Source: a virus
Lineage: Duplodnaviria > Caudoviricetes
Length of the DNA: 64,000 nt
Virus record (IMG/VR): IMGVR_UViG_2974630626_000001
Location: 7,021-71,020 of that record
Reading direction: 5' to 3' (one strand)
The notes beneath the pieces are model-generated. The model saw nothing but the letters and a program-made list of their open reading frames with translations, was not told the DNA's origin and did no database searches. Positions 8,502-18,800 of the stretch are shown one piece after another. Both the position numbers and the translations under genes were made by a program. Position 1 is the first letter of the stretch; each line of letters starts with the position of its first letter.

Positions 8502-11500
8502 GTGCCGGTGGCAACCACTGAGGAACGGGTGGTCCTCACCGTTGAGACTAAGGACCAACTCACGGCACCCCTTCAAAACATGACCAAAAAGGTTGAGGAA
8601 TCAGCCGCGCGAGTAGAACGGGCTTCGCAGCGCGAGGCCACCACCGTGCAACGGGCCATGGACCAGGTGAGCCGGTCCGCGGCCACCACCATGGGCGCCA
8701 CAGACCGCATGGCGCGCGCCTATGACCAAGCGCTTGGCCGGATGGGTTCGAGTTCCGGGCGCGTAGGGTCCACCATCAACACCGCCCTTGGCGGGACAGT
8801 TGAGCGGGTCATGCGCAACGTCACGGCCTCCATTGAACGGGCCACCCCGGGCATTATCGCCGCCGCTGGCCGAATCGGAACCGGGATAGGTTCCGCGCTA
8901 GGCACCGCCGTGAATTCGTCCGTGGCTGTGGGCGACAAAATAGGCACCGCCCTTGGTGGCGGCCTGTCCACGGCTGGCAAGACCCTTGGCGTGGCCGGGG
9001 CCGTCGTGGGCGGCGTCGTGGGCAAAGCCATTTCTGGCGGCATCAACCGCCAACTGAACATTGAAGACGCCCGGGCCAAGCTGTCCGGCCTTGGCACCGA
9101 CGCCGCGACCGTGAACAGCATCATGGATTCGGCGCTGGCAGCCGTCCAGGGCACCGCGTTTGGCTTGGATGGGGCTGCAACCGCTGCGGCGTCTGCTGTG
9201 GCCTCTGGCGTCCAGCCAGGCAAGGATTTGACCCGCACCCTAAAGCTGGTGGGCGACGCCGCAACCATCGCCGGGTCCGACTACGGCGAAATGGCCGCGA
9301 TCTTCAACAAGGTGTCAGCCGGTGGCATGATCCAAGGCGAAGAACTCGCGCAGCTTGGTGACCGAGGGATCCCGATTCTGCAACTCTTGGGCAAGGAACT
9401 TGGCGTAACCGCTGCCGAGGTCCGCGACCTTGCTTCCAAGGGCAAGATTGACTTCGCTACCTTCCAGAACGCCATGGAAAAGGGCATGGGCGGCGCTGCC
9501 CTCAAGTCCGGCGAGACGACCCGCGGTTCCATGGCCAACATGGGCGCGGCACTGTCCCGTGTGGGTGCAACCCTCACGGCTGGGTTCTTCCCGCTGACCG
9601 TGGGCGGCTTCAACCAGATCACCAAGACCCTGGACGGCGTAAACAAGGAACTCAAGCCCTTTGCCACGGCATGGGGTGACGCTTTCGCCAAAAAGGCTGC
9701 CCCCATCATTGCTGGTTTCTCGGACAAGGCCATTGGGGCGTTCAAGGAAATCACGGGCGGATTCGTGGCATTCAAGGCCGCTTACACGGCGGTGGAGGAC
9801 GATATAACCTCGTCCGGCTTCCCGGGCTTCATGGAGTACGTTGGCAACGCCGCGCGCAAGGTCAAGGGCGCCGTAATGGCCATGAACCCGGACATGGAAA
9901 AGCTCAAGGCGCTTGTCCTTCCGCTGGGTGGTCTGTTCCTCTCGCTGGGTTCCGGGATGCTGGGTAACCTGCCGATCATTGGCCGGTTCCTGCCCGTGCT
10001 GTCCCCGTTCCTTGGCATCCTGCTGGGTCTGGTGGCTGCCAGCCCGGAACTGAGGCGCGCCCTTGGTGACGCGTTCGAGGCCATTGTCCCGGCGCTTGGG
10101 TCCGTGGTGGCCGCTTTCGCGCCCCTCGTGCCGATCCTTGCCGAGGTGCTGGCTTGGGGCGTCGACCTGCTGGTCAACTTCCTGGACAAGCTCACGCCAC
10201 TGTTCCCGGTCCTCGTGCCGCTGATCACCGGCTTTGTGATCGTGGCCAAGCTCGCTGGCCCCGCCATGGCCGCCTGGAAGGTAGCCACCATGCTGCTGAC
10301 CGGCGCGCAGGTTGGCTTCCAAGTCGCCATTGGCACCAGCACGGCACTGACTCAGGCGCAGACGGCAGCCACCGAGCGCGGCACCGCTGGCTTTGTGATC
10401 ATGAAAGCGGTCCAGTACGGGGTAACCGCTGGTATCTGGCTCATGACCGCTGCACAGACCGCTTTTGCTATCGCCACGAACGCCGCCGTGTGGCCAATTC
10501 TGGCGATCATTGCCGGCATTGGTCTGCTCGTGGCCGGTGTGATTTGGGCTTACAACAATGTGGGTTGGTTCAAGGACGGCGTAGACGCCGCCATGAAATG
10601 GATTCAGGAAGCATTCGCCAACGTGGTCAGTTGGTGGAACACCGATTTCATGCCCGGGTTGCAAGCCGTAGGCCAGTGGTTCTCGGACCTATTCACCAAC
10701 GTGGGCAACTGGGTGCGCGACTTTGTGGGCATGTTCGTGGATGCCTGGGGCCACGTCACGACGTGGTGGAACACCGTGCTTATGCCGCTCATTTTCGCTG
10801 TGGGTCAGTGGTTCTCGGACTTGTTCACGAATGTGGGTAATTGGGTCCGGGATTTCATCGGCTTTTTCGTTGACGGCTGGGGCATGCTGGTTGATTTCTG
10901 GAACGGCGTTTTCCTCCCGGCCCTGCAAGCCGTAGCTGATTTCTTCGCCCCTATCTTCGATTGGATTCAGCGGCTTATCTGGAACGCCACGACCATTGCC
11001 GTGGCCCTGTTCTACAAGCTGGTGGATTTCTGGAATGGCGTACTGCAGCCAGCCCTCCAAGCCGTGGGTGACTGGTTCCAGTCCATCTTCACGTGGATTT
11101 ACGACAATGTGATCAAGCCCTATATTGACCTGTGGGTTGGGGCTTTCAACATGGTGGTGGACTGGTGGAATCAGACGTTCCTCCCGGCCCTGCAAGCCGT
11201 GGGTAACTGGTTCCGGGATATCTTCACTTGGATATATGAGAACGTAATCAAGCCCACGGTTGACACTTGGGTGTTCGCGTTCAACATGGTTGTGGACTGG
11301 TGGAACAACACCTTTATTCCGGCGCTGCAAGCGTTCGGTCAGTGGATTTCTGATATCTTCACGTGGATTTACGACAACGTAATCAAGCCCACCGTGGACG
11401 TCTGGGTCTTTGCTTTCAACTCAGTGGTGGACTGGTGGAATAACACTTTCCTGCCAGCCCTCCAGGCTGTCGGTCAGTGGTTCAATGACGTGTTCACATG

Positions 11501-12278
11501 GATTTACGAGAACATCATCAAGCCCGTGGTGGACGGGATAATTGCGGCGTTCAACGGTCTAACGGACTGGTGGAACAACACCCTTATGCCAATCATCAAC
11601 GAGGTTGGGCGCTGGTTCTCCGAAACCATCGGCGGGGCCATAAAGGGCGTGTCAGAGTGGATTGACGGCCTGATAAAGGGCTTCCAGGGGTTCATTTCTT
11701 TCTGGTCCGAAAAGCTCAAGCCAGTGGCAGACGCCATATCCAAGATTTTCGGGGATATCGCCAAGGCCGTGGGTGATGCCGTAAAGGGCATCGGTGATTT
11801 CGCGAACAACCCGCTGGGTGGCATTCAGGACTGGCTTGGCATCCAAAAGGACGAAAACGGGCAAGGCGTCATGCCGAACAACAGCGGCGGCGGCGTCTAC
11901 AAGGGCGGCGGCGTGCTGGGTTACGCCGGCGGCGGCACTGTCCTGCCCGGGTTCGGCCCGGGCAAGGACACGATCCCGGCCATGCTGTCCCGTGGCGAGT
12001 CCGTGCTGGTCCCCGAGCTCACAGCGGCCCTTGGCCCCCGCAACATCATGGCGGCCAACCGCGAGGCGTCCGGGGGACGCCCTGCCGGGTCCGGCCCCAC
12101 CGCGTCGCTGGTTTCGGCCATGGGCGGCGGCGGCAAGACCCTTGTCATTTCGCGCGGCGCCGTTGAGGTCAAGGTCGACGTGCAAGGCGGGAACGCTGAC
12201 ACGGCGGCTGACATTGCGGAACAGGTGGAAAAGGCAGTCAACGAACTGTTCGAGGAAATCAAGAGGCGGGGTTACTAA
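8502..12278 (+). CDS. Tape measure protein
   Basis: 1258 aa; tape-measure domain (SAL.AVQGTAFGL, FNKVSAGG.IQGEELAQL), Trp-rich repeats, C-terminal GFGPGKDTIPAMLSRGESV. Confidence 0.95.
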   Translation: MPVATTEERVVLTVETKDQLTAPLQNMTKKVEESAARVERASQREATTVQRAMDQVSRSAATTMGATDRMARAYDQALGRMGSSSGRVGSTINTALGGTVERVMRNVTASIERATPGIIAAAGRIGTGIGSALGTAVNSSVAVGDKIGTALGGGLSTAGKTLGVAGAVVGGVVGKAISGGINRQLNIEDARAKLSGLGTDAATVNSIMDSALAAVQGTAFGLDGAATAAASAVASGVQPGKDLTRTLKLVGDAATIAGSDYGEMAAIFNKVSAGGMIQGEELAQLGDRGIPILQLLGKELGVTAAEVRDLASKGKIDFATFQNAMEKGMGGAALKSGETTRGSMANMGAALSRVGATLTAGFFPLTVGGFNQITKTLDGVNKELKPFATAWGDAFAKKAAPIIAGFSDKAIGAFKEITGGFVAFKAAYTAVEDDITSSGFPGFMEYVGNAARKVKGAVMAMNPDMEKLKALVLPLGGLFLSLGSGMLGNLPIIGRFLPVLSPFLGILLGLVAASPELRRALGDAFEAIVPALGSVVAAFAPLVPILAEVLAWGVDLLVNFLDKLTPLFPVLVPLITGFVIVAKLAGPAMAAWKVATMLLTGAQVGFQVAIGTSTALTQAQTAATERGTAGFVIMKAVQYGVTAGIWLMTAAQTAFAIATNAAVWPILAIIAGIGLLVAGVIWAYNNVGWFKDGVDAAMKWIQEAFANVVSWWNTDFMPGLQAVGQWFSDLFTNVGNWVRDFVGMFVDAWGHVTTWWNTVLMPLIFAVGQWFSDLFTNVGNWVRDFIGFFVDGWGMLVDFWNGVFLPALQAVADFFAPIFDWIQRLIWNATTIAVALFYKLVDFWNGVLQPALQAVGDWFQSIFTWIYDNVIKPYIDLWVGAFNMVVDWWNQTFLPALQAVGNWFRDIFTWIYENVIKPTVDTWVFAFNMVVDWWNNTFIPALQAFGQWISDIFTWIYDNVIKPTVDVWVFAFNSVVDWWNNTFLPALQAVGQWFNDVFTWIYENIIKPVVDGIIAAFNGLTDWWNNTLMPIINEVGRWFSETIGGAIKGVSEWIDGLIKGFQGFISFWSEKLKPVADAISKIFGDIAKAVGDAVKGIGDFANNPLGGIQDWLGIQKDENGQGVMPNNSGGGVYKGGGVLGYAGGGTVLPGFGPGKDTIPAMLSRGESVLVPELTAALGPRNIMAANREASGGRPAGSGPTASLVSAMGGGGKTLVISRGAVEVKVDVQGGNADTAADIAEQVEKAVNELFEEIKRRGY
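10629..11699 (+). repeat. Eight Trp-rich tandem repeats in tape measure (132 then 135 bp)
   Basis: Units begin at 10629, 10761, 10893, 11025, 11160, 11295, 11430, 11565 (xWWN..F.PALQAVG.WF). Confidence 0.85.
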
Positions 12279-12946
12279 TGGTCAGCATCCTGGTGCAAAA
12301 GCCCCAGTATTGGCACACCATGCGGGTGATTACCCGGGATGGGTTCCAGGGGTCCATGCATTCCACCCCTACGGTGTTCAGCTACAGCGACGTGGCCCGG
12401 TTCGGGCAGATCGAACGGGAGGGCAAGAAAGCCATTACCCGGCAGATTTCGCCCGGGCTGCGGCAACTGTCCTTTTCCCAGACCGTGGCGAGCCTGGACT
12501 ACCAGCAAACCATTGAGCCGATTGTCCAGCGCTTCACGAACCTGTCCGCTGCTGGGGTTCAGGTGCGCTTTCCCAACGGGTCCGGCCCGTTCGAGCAACC
12601 CTGCTGGTGGACCATCAAGGACTTGGGCGTCCAGGTGAACCGGCGCGCCGTGGACAACTCCATATCGAACGCCACGATTACGTGGACGCTTGAGGAATGG
12701 GTGGACGTGACCGCCAACGCGATCAAGCCGCGCCCGGTCCCCAAGGCACCCGCCGCCCCGCCCAAGCCCGTGGCCGCCCCCGCTCGCACCTACCGGGTGG
12801 TGTCCGGGGATTGCCTGTGGAACATTGCCGTGCGCTTCCTTGGGAACGGTGCCCGGTGGCCGGAAATCTACAACATGAACCGTGCCATTATCGGCGGCAA
12901 CCCTAACCTGATCTTCCCCGGTCAGGTCTACAGGATTCCGGGGTAA
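12278..12946 (+). CDS. LysM-domain baseplate / tube-initiator protein
   Basis: C-terminal LysM (TYRVVSGDCLWNIAVRFLG...NPNLIFPGQV); follows the tape measure gene. Confidence 0.85.
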   Translation: MVSILVQKPQYWHTMRVITRDGFQGSMHSTPTVFSYSDVARFGQIEREGKKAITRQISPGLRQLSFSQTVASLDYQQTIEPIVQRFTNLSAAGVQVRFPNGSGPFEQPCWWTIKDLGVQVNRRAVDNSISNATITWTLEEWVDVTANAIKPRPVPKAPAAPPKPVAAPARTYRVVSGDCLWNIAVRFLGNGARWPEIYNMNRAIIGGNPNLIFPGQVYRIPG

Positions 12947-12951
12947 CGGGC

Positions 12952-14292
12952 GTGGGAAGCACACTAGACAATAACCGGCTCAAGAACATTTCAGTGACCG
13001 GCAAGGGGTTGGAAGCTGACCTTGTGGACGCTTGCATCAAGGCGAGCTTTTCCACCAGCACCAGCCAGGTAACTGAGTTCTCTTTGACGTTCCTGGACAG
13101 CATGGACCTGTCGACCTTCCGTTCCGGTGTCCTCAGCGCCGGGGCCACGGTGAAGTATGGGGGCTGGCACATGGTCAGCCGCGTGGTGTCCGTGAGTTCG
13201 GGCAGCGCTGGCCCGGAACTGACGGTCAAAGCGCCGTCAGCGTTCGTGGAGGGCTTCAAGTCCGAGGTGGGCGGCAACTCGTGGGGTGATCAGGACGTGG
13301 CCGCATGGGTGGTGGCTCAGGGCAAGCGCCGGGGCATGACTACCGTGGTTCAGCCCGGGCTTGGCCGCCGCACCATCGTGAGGGCTGCCAGCGACGGCGA
13401 GGACAAGGAAAGCACTTGGGACGTGCTGGCCGCGCTCGCGACGGCAACAGGCTGCTGGCTGTACGAATACGGCACCGTGCTGGTGTTCGCGCGCCCGTCC
13501 TGGCTCATGAAAGTTGATTGGGGTGGCCGTCATTGGGAGTTCTACTGGAACAACTGGTTTGACTACTCCGACGCGCTGCAAGGCATGCCACAGTACGGGG
13601 TGGACCCGGGCAGCAACCCGGCTGAGTCCATCACGTTCCGGGTGATTTCCCCGGACGCTGACGAAGCGCGCCCGGGCGACAAAGTGACGCTGACCGGCGC
13701 GGCCGTCGGTTCTATGGCTGGGGATTGGATCGTGGTTGGTGTCAGCTACCCCATGACCGTGGCCGGGGCCGTCACTTTGTCATGCCAGCGGCCCATTGAC
13801 CCGGTGATCCCACCGGAAAACACCGGCACGGGCACCGCCGGCAGTGCCGCGAAGACCACCACCGTGGTGAGCTCAAGCGGCACGGCTGGGGCTGGCAAGA
13901 ACCTGACAGGCGTAGATGGGTGGATGGCTCGCACCAAGGGCAAGTATGTGGACACGGACGGCGCTTATGGTGCGCAGTGCGTGGACTTGGTGAGCCTCTA
14001 CAACACGCAGTTCATTGGCGGCGGCGCGATCTTCGGCAACGGCAACCAGTGGTACGGCAACCCCGCAGCGAACGCCAACTATGTGCGTATCCCGGCTGGC
14101 AGCCGCGCCCAAAAGGGTGACATTGCTTGCTGGGGTTCGTACTACGGCGGCGGCTACGGGCACGTGTGCATTGTTGTGGAAGACCGAGGCGGTCAGCTCT
14201 ACACCTTCACTCAGAATCCCGGCCCCGCCCAATACCAGGTACTCACGAAACAAGGACTGCAAGGCTACCTACGACCGCGAAAGTTCGCCTGA
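12952..14292 (+). CDS. Baseplate hub fused to C-terminal CHAP peptidoglycan hydrolase
   Basis: Hub-like N-terminus. C-terminal DTDGAYGAQCVDL...GNGNQW...GDIACW...GYGHVCIV...TQN with Cys-His intact. Confidence 0.8.
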   Translation: MGSTLDNNRLKNISVTGKGLEADLVDACIKASFSTSTSQVTEFSLTFLDSMDLSTFRSGVLSAGATVKYGGWHMVSRVVSVSSGSAGPELTVKAPSAFVEGFKSEVGGNSWGDQDVAAWVVAQGKRRGMTTVVQPGLGRRTIVRAASDGEDKESTWDVLAALATATGCWLYEYGTVLVFARPSWLMKVDWGGRHWEFYWNNWFDYSDALQGMPQYGVDPGSNPAESITFRVISPDADEARPGDKVTLTGAAVGSMAGDWIVVGVSYPMTVAGAVTLSCQRPIDPVIPPENTGTGTAGSAAKTTTVVSSSGTAGAGKNLTGVDGWMARTKGKYVDTDGAYGAQCVDLVSLYNTQFIGGGAIFGNGNQWYGNPAANANYVRIPAGSRAQKGDIACWGSYYGGGYGHVCIVVEDRGGQLYTFTQNPGPAQYQVLTKQGLQGYLRPRKFA

Positions 14293-14696
14293 TGAAAACC
14301 ATTTGGTCTTGGCTGGTGTTGGCCCGGGTGTCCCGGCTGGTCAGCGACTTGCGCGGCGCTGCCAGCGCTGATGATTCCTACGCGTCCCATGAGGGGCTGC
14401 CGGTGTCCATTGCCGAGGCCGTCAGCCATGCTTGCGCGCCGGAAGGGTGGAATTGGCCGCGTGAGGATCCCAAGTTCTTGGCTGTCCTGGAACGCGACGG
14501 GTTCAGCGTCCCCGTGGATTCTGCCCCATATGGTTCAGTGGTGGAAACGGCGGCGGGGCGGCTCGCGTTGGTCACCAACGGCGGATTGATCGAGTCCCAC
14601 GGCGCCGGGTTGTCCGTGGTTCCTGACGTGCCCGGGCGGCGGGTCCGGGCATGGATGATTCCCGGGGTTTCGTACTTTGAAAGGGCAACGATTTGA
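14292..14696 (+). CDS. Hypothetical baseplate-region protein (134 aa)
   Basis: TGATG coupling upstream and TTGA overlap downstream. Confidence 0.6.
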   Translation: MKTIWSWLVLARVSRLVSDLRGAASADDSYASHEGLPVSIAEAVSHACAPEGWNWPREDPKFLAVLERDGFSVPVDSAPYGSVVETAAGRLALVTNGGLIESHGAGLSVVPDVPGRRVRAWMIPGVSYFERATI

Positions 14697-17176
14697 CCAG
14701 CGCAGTTCAGCAAGCGGTAAAGAGGCAAGGACGGCCTACCGCCCCGGACGCGGTGCCGTCGTTCTTCCGCGCGACCGTCACTGAAGTGCGTTCTGACGGC
14801 ATGGTTTGGGTTCTTATCCCGCGCCTGTCAGGGGAAACCCCCATTGGCCCTATGCCGGCGGCCTCTTACAAGCTGACGGTGGGCGAACGCGTCATGGTTG
14901 GCGCGGTGGAGGACTCCCGCGGTGACCTGATGATCATTTGCCGCGAGTACGGCGATTCGTCCGCGTTCCCGGCGTTCCAGGGCGTGCACCTGGCTGACCC
15001 GCCCACCGGGCCGGATAACGCCGTCCGTAAGGACTACGCGGACGCGCTGGGTTCCATCACGGCGGACCCCAACACCATCACGCGGCGCGGCGCGTCCGGG
15101 TCAATTCTGGTGCAAGAGGCTTACCTCGGCGGCGTCCAGACGGCCAACAACGCCGCGACGCGCAAGAGCTACGTGGACGCCGGGGACACCGCGAGGCTGC
15201 CCAAGAACCCCACCCTGTTGCCGCAAACCGCGCACGACCTCAACGACTACCAGACCCCGGACATTTACCACCAGTCCTTCAATGCCACGGCGGCTATCAG
15301 CGCCAACTACCCGGTGCCGCTGGCCGGGTTGTGCGAGGTGTTCAGCCCGTCCACGTCGTTCATTTATCAGCGGTACACGGTCTACAACACGACCACCCGC
15401 ATGTTTTGGCGCGCCAAGTATTCCACGGGCGCGTTCGGCGGCTGGAAGGAAGTCCAGGACGTTGCCACCGTCACCACGTTGCTGGCCGGTAAAGCCAACA
15501 GCGTGCACACGCACGCGGCCTCCGATATCACCAGCGGCGTCTTTGCTGCTGCCCTGCTGCCAGCGGCCACGAGTGCCGCCCAGGGTGCAATGAGCGCAGC
15601 GGATAAGGCCAAGCTTGACGCTGCTGGCCCCGCTGCTACGGCCAACACGCTGGTCATGCTGGACGCTGCCGGACGGGCCAAGGTAGCGAACCCGTCAGCG
15701 ACCACCGACATTGCGAACAAGACCTATGTGGACACTGGCCTTGCCGGGAAGTCCGACACCGGGCACACCCACAGCGCCGCCGATATCAACACGGGCACGC
15801 TTTCCGCCGCGCGCCTCCCGGCTGCGTCCAGTTCAACAGCCGGGTCCATGTCCGCTGCTGACAAGATCAAATTGGATGCTGCCAGCGCGGCGGCCACGGC
15901 GTCCACCCTTGTCATGCTGGACGCTGCAGGGCGCGCTCAAGTCGCTGCCCCCTCAGTTGCGGCAGATATCGCCAATAAGTCCTACGTGGACACCCAAGTG
16001 GCCACGAAAGCCAACACCAGCCACATGCACACCTACGCGGACATTACGGGCACCGTGCCCACCGCAGCGCTGCCCCCGCTGGCCGTCAATGATGTGTTCA
16101 CCGTGGGCACTCAGGCGGCCATGCTCGCGTTGACAGCACAGCGCGGTGACATGGCCATTAGGTCCGACAACGGCAAGACCTATGCGCTGTCCACGGACAG
16201 CCCGGGCACGCTCGCTGACTGGAAAGAGCTCATGGCCACCGGGCAAGTGGTCAGCGTTGCCGGACAAACGGGCACCGTGGTGCTTGCCAAGGGTGACGTG
16301 GGGCTTGGGAACGTCGACAACACCTCTGACGCGAGCAAGCCCGTAAGCACTGCCACGCAGACCGCGCTCAACGGCAAGGCGAACACCAGCCACACCCACT
16401 TGTGGGCTGACCTGACGGACAAGCCCACCACCTTTACCCCGTCCGCGCACACGCACAGCGCCGCGGACCTGACCAGTGGCACGGTTCCGGTGGCCCGTCT
16501 TCCGCTGGCGACCTCAGCCGCTAACGGCGCCATGTCTGCCGCTGACAAAGCGATTCTGGACGCGGCCACAATCAGCGCCACGGGCAGCACGCTGGCGTTG
16601 CGGAACAGCACCGGCGACCTGACGGCCACCAACTATTACATGCCGTCCGGGCAAGCCCAATCGGCGCTTCCCCAGTCGCTCACGCGCCGGGACTACGTGG
16701 ACGGGGTGGCCGCTGGAAAAGCGAACACCAGCCACACCCATGCCGCGGCGGATATCACCAGTGGAACGCTGGCCGCCGCCCGGTTACCGCTGGCCACCAC
16801 AAGCGCCAACGGCGCCATGTCCGCTGCGGACAAAACCACGCTTGACGCCATATCTGACGACACCGGGTGGGTGAACGTCACCCTTACGGCCCCATGGGTC
16901 AACTACGACACCGGGGTGCATGCCACCTCCCAGGTGCGCCGAATCGGGCAGCGCGTGGAATACAAGGCGTTCATCAAGACCGGCTCATTGGGCACGAACG
17001 TGGCGGTTCTCCCGGCTGGTTACCGGCCTGTTTCTCAGCGCTGGTTCCCGGTTATGTTCCAGTCCGCGAGCATCGGCGCAACGTTCGGCGTGGTCTACCC
17101 GGACGGCACGGTGTACGTCGCCGGCACGGGCGCGGTTACCTACCTTTCCATTGAGGTCAGTTTCCTGTTGGGGTGA
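14693..17176 (+). CDS. Baseplate spike-type OB-fold N-terminus fused to HxH-repeat tail fibre
   Basis: RATVTEV...VWVLIP...LTVGERVMVG N-terminus; 86-aa HTH-containing repeats; C-terminal TGW...RRIG...LPAGYRP receptor-binding-type domain. Confidence 0.8.
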   Translation: MTSAVQQAVKRQGRPTAPDAVPSFFRATVTEVRSDGMVWVLIPRLSGETPIGPMPAASYKLTVGERVMVGAVEDSRGDLMIICREYGDSSAFPAFQGVHLADPPTGPDNAVRKDYADALGSITADPNTITRRGASGSILVQEAYLGGVQTANNAATRKSYVDAGDTARLPKNPTLLPQTAHDLNDYQTPDIYHQSFNATAAISANYPVPLAGLCEVFSPSTSFIYQRYTVYNTTTRMFWRAKYSTGAFGGWKEVQDVATVTTLLAGKANSVHTHAASDITSGVFAAALLPAATSAAQGAMSAADKAKLDAAGPAATANTLVMLDAAGRAKVANPSATTDIANKTYVDTGLAGKSDTGHTHSAADINTGTLSAARLPAASSSTAGSMSAADKIKLDAASAAATASTLVMLDAAGRAQVAAPSVAADIANKSYVDTQVATKANTSHMHTYADITGTVPTAALPPLAVNDVFTVGTQAAMLALTAQRGDMAIRSDNGKTYALSTDSPGTLADWKELMATGQVVSVAGQTGTVVLAKGDVGLGNVDNTSDASKPVSTATQTALNGKANTSHTHLWADLTDKPTTFTPSAHTHSAADLTSGTVPVARLPLATSAANGAMSAADKAILDAATISATGSTLALRNSTGDLTATNYYMPSGQAQSALPQSLTRRDYVDGVAAGKANTSHTHAAADITSGTLAAARLPLATTSANGAMSAADKTTLDAISDDTGWVNVTLTAPWVNYDTGVHATSQVRRIGQRVEYKAFIKTGSLGTNVAVLPAGYRPVSQRWFPVMFQSASIGATFGVVYPDGTVYVAGTGAVTYLSIEVSFLLG

Positions 17177-18800
17177 CACCCTAGCCCGTCCCACAGTCAA
17201 ACGGTCATGACCTCCACCATGGGGGCATGGCCGTTTCAAATTCGCCCCGTCTTGGGCTTGAGCAATACAGTTCCGGCGCCGACCCGCACCCGGGGCGCGT
17301 TAAGTCCAATGACCGGGTGGCCCTTTTGGAGGCGCTGGTGGCTGTCGCTCAACAGGGCACCACAGCGCAGCGCCCCGCCGCTGGCAAAGCCCGGGCGTTC
17401 TACTGGGACACCACCGTCGACCGTCTGTATTTCGACAACGGCACGACGTGGAAAGAGGTAACCACGAACGGCGGCGGCGGTGCCGGGTCCGCGATTGTCC
17501 CGGGTGCTGCGGCGGTTGAGGGCACGTCCGGGAGGTCCGCGCGCGCTGACCACACCCACAGCTTGCCGTTGGCCACCGCAGCCGTTGACGGGGCCATGTC
17601 CAAGACGGACAAGGCCAAGCTGGACGCGGCCAACTCGCTGCCGACGCCCTCAACGCTGGTTATGTTGGACGCCAATGGGCGCACTCAGGTGGCTGCCCCC
17701 TCCGCTGCTGGCGACACGGCCAATAAGAGCTACGTTGACACCCAGGTTGGCACCAAGGCCAACACGTCCCACACGCACGCGGCTGCGGATATCACCAGCG
17801 GCACTTTCGCGACGGCTCGCATTCCCGTGGGAACCACCGCCGCCCCTGGCTCTATGTCCGCGGCTGACAAAACCAAATTGGACGCCGCAAGTGCCGCCGC
17901 CACGCCGTCCACCATCGTCATGCTCGACGCCAACGGACGCGCCCAAGTCGCAACTCCGGCTCTGGCTGCGGAAATCACGAACAAGAGCTATGTGGACACT
18001 CAGGTGGCCACCAAGGCGAACACCAGCCACACCCACGCTTGGGCCGATATCACCAGCGGCGTGCCCACCACCTTTACCCCAGCGGCACACACCCACGCCG
18101 CCGCCGACGTCACTTCCGGGACGTTCGCAGCCGCGAGGCTTCCCGCAGCAACAGGCGCGGCGGCTGGGTCCATGTCTGCCGCTGACAAAACCAAACTGGA
18201 CAACGCCACGGCGCTGGCCACCCCCTCAACGTTGGTGATGCTGGACGCGTCCGGGCGTGCTGCTGTGGCTGCCCCGTCCGGTGGCGGCGATATCGCGAAC
18301 AAGACCTATGTGGACGCCCAAGTGGCAACCAGGGCGGCAAGCTCGCACACGCACCCGTGGACGCAGATAACGAGCCTCCCGGCATCATTCACCCCGTCCG
18401 CGCACACCCATGTTTGGGCTGACCTCACGGACGCCCCGGCGACGTTCACCCCATCGGCGCACACGCACAGCGCTACGGATATCAACACGGGCACCCTGTC
18501 GGCGGCCCGTCTGCCGGCTGCGTCCGGCGCGACCGCTGGCAGCATGAGCGCTGCGGATAAGACCAAGCTGGACAACGCGAGTGCCGCCGCAACCGCCAAC
18601 ACTCTTGTGCTGTTGGACGCTGCGGGGCGCGCCCAGGTGGCGGCGCCGTCTGTGGCGGCGGACATTGCCAATAAGTCCTACGTGGACAGCGTGGCCTCCG
18701 GTAAGGCAGCAACCACGCACACCCACACTTGGGCGCAAATCACGAACCCGCCGGCGACTTACGCGCCGTCCGCGCACACCCACCCGTGGGCGGATATTAC
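15491..18800 (+). repeat. 86-aa (258-bp) and 19-aa HxH fibre modules shared by two fibre genes
   Basis: Unit starts at 15491, 15749, 16007. KANTSHTH...MSAADK.KLD...DIANK.YVD recurs in both genes. Confidence 0.85.
17187..17220 (+). promoter_or_regulatory. Late-type promoter, leaderless geometry
   Basis: CGTCCCACAG-N18-CACCAT-N6-ATG(17227). Confidence 0.7.

Noticed and set aside
8701-9420. Apparent excess of CCNNGG palindromes (CCCGGG, CCTTGG, CCACGG)
   Set aside because: A hand count in this 720-bp stretch gave about 14 versus about 8-9 expected from base composition, which codon context could explain. It needs a codon-aware genome-wide test.
9315-10664. Long antisense ORFs (also 24818-26248, 49591-50937, 58503-59537, 18385-19368 and others)
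   Set aside because: Shadow ORFs expected from GC3 bias opposite well-supported genes; no SD, promoter or motif support.
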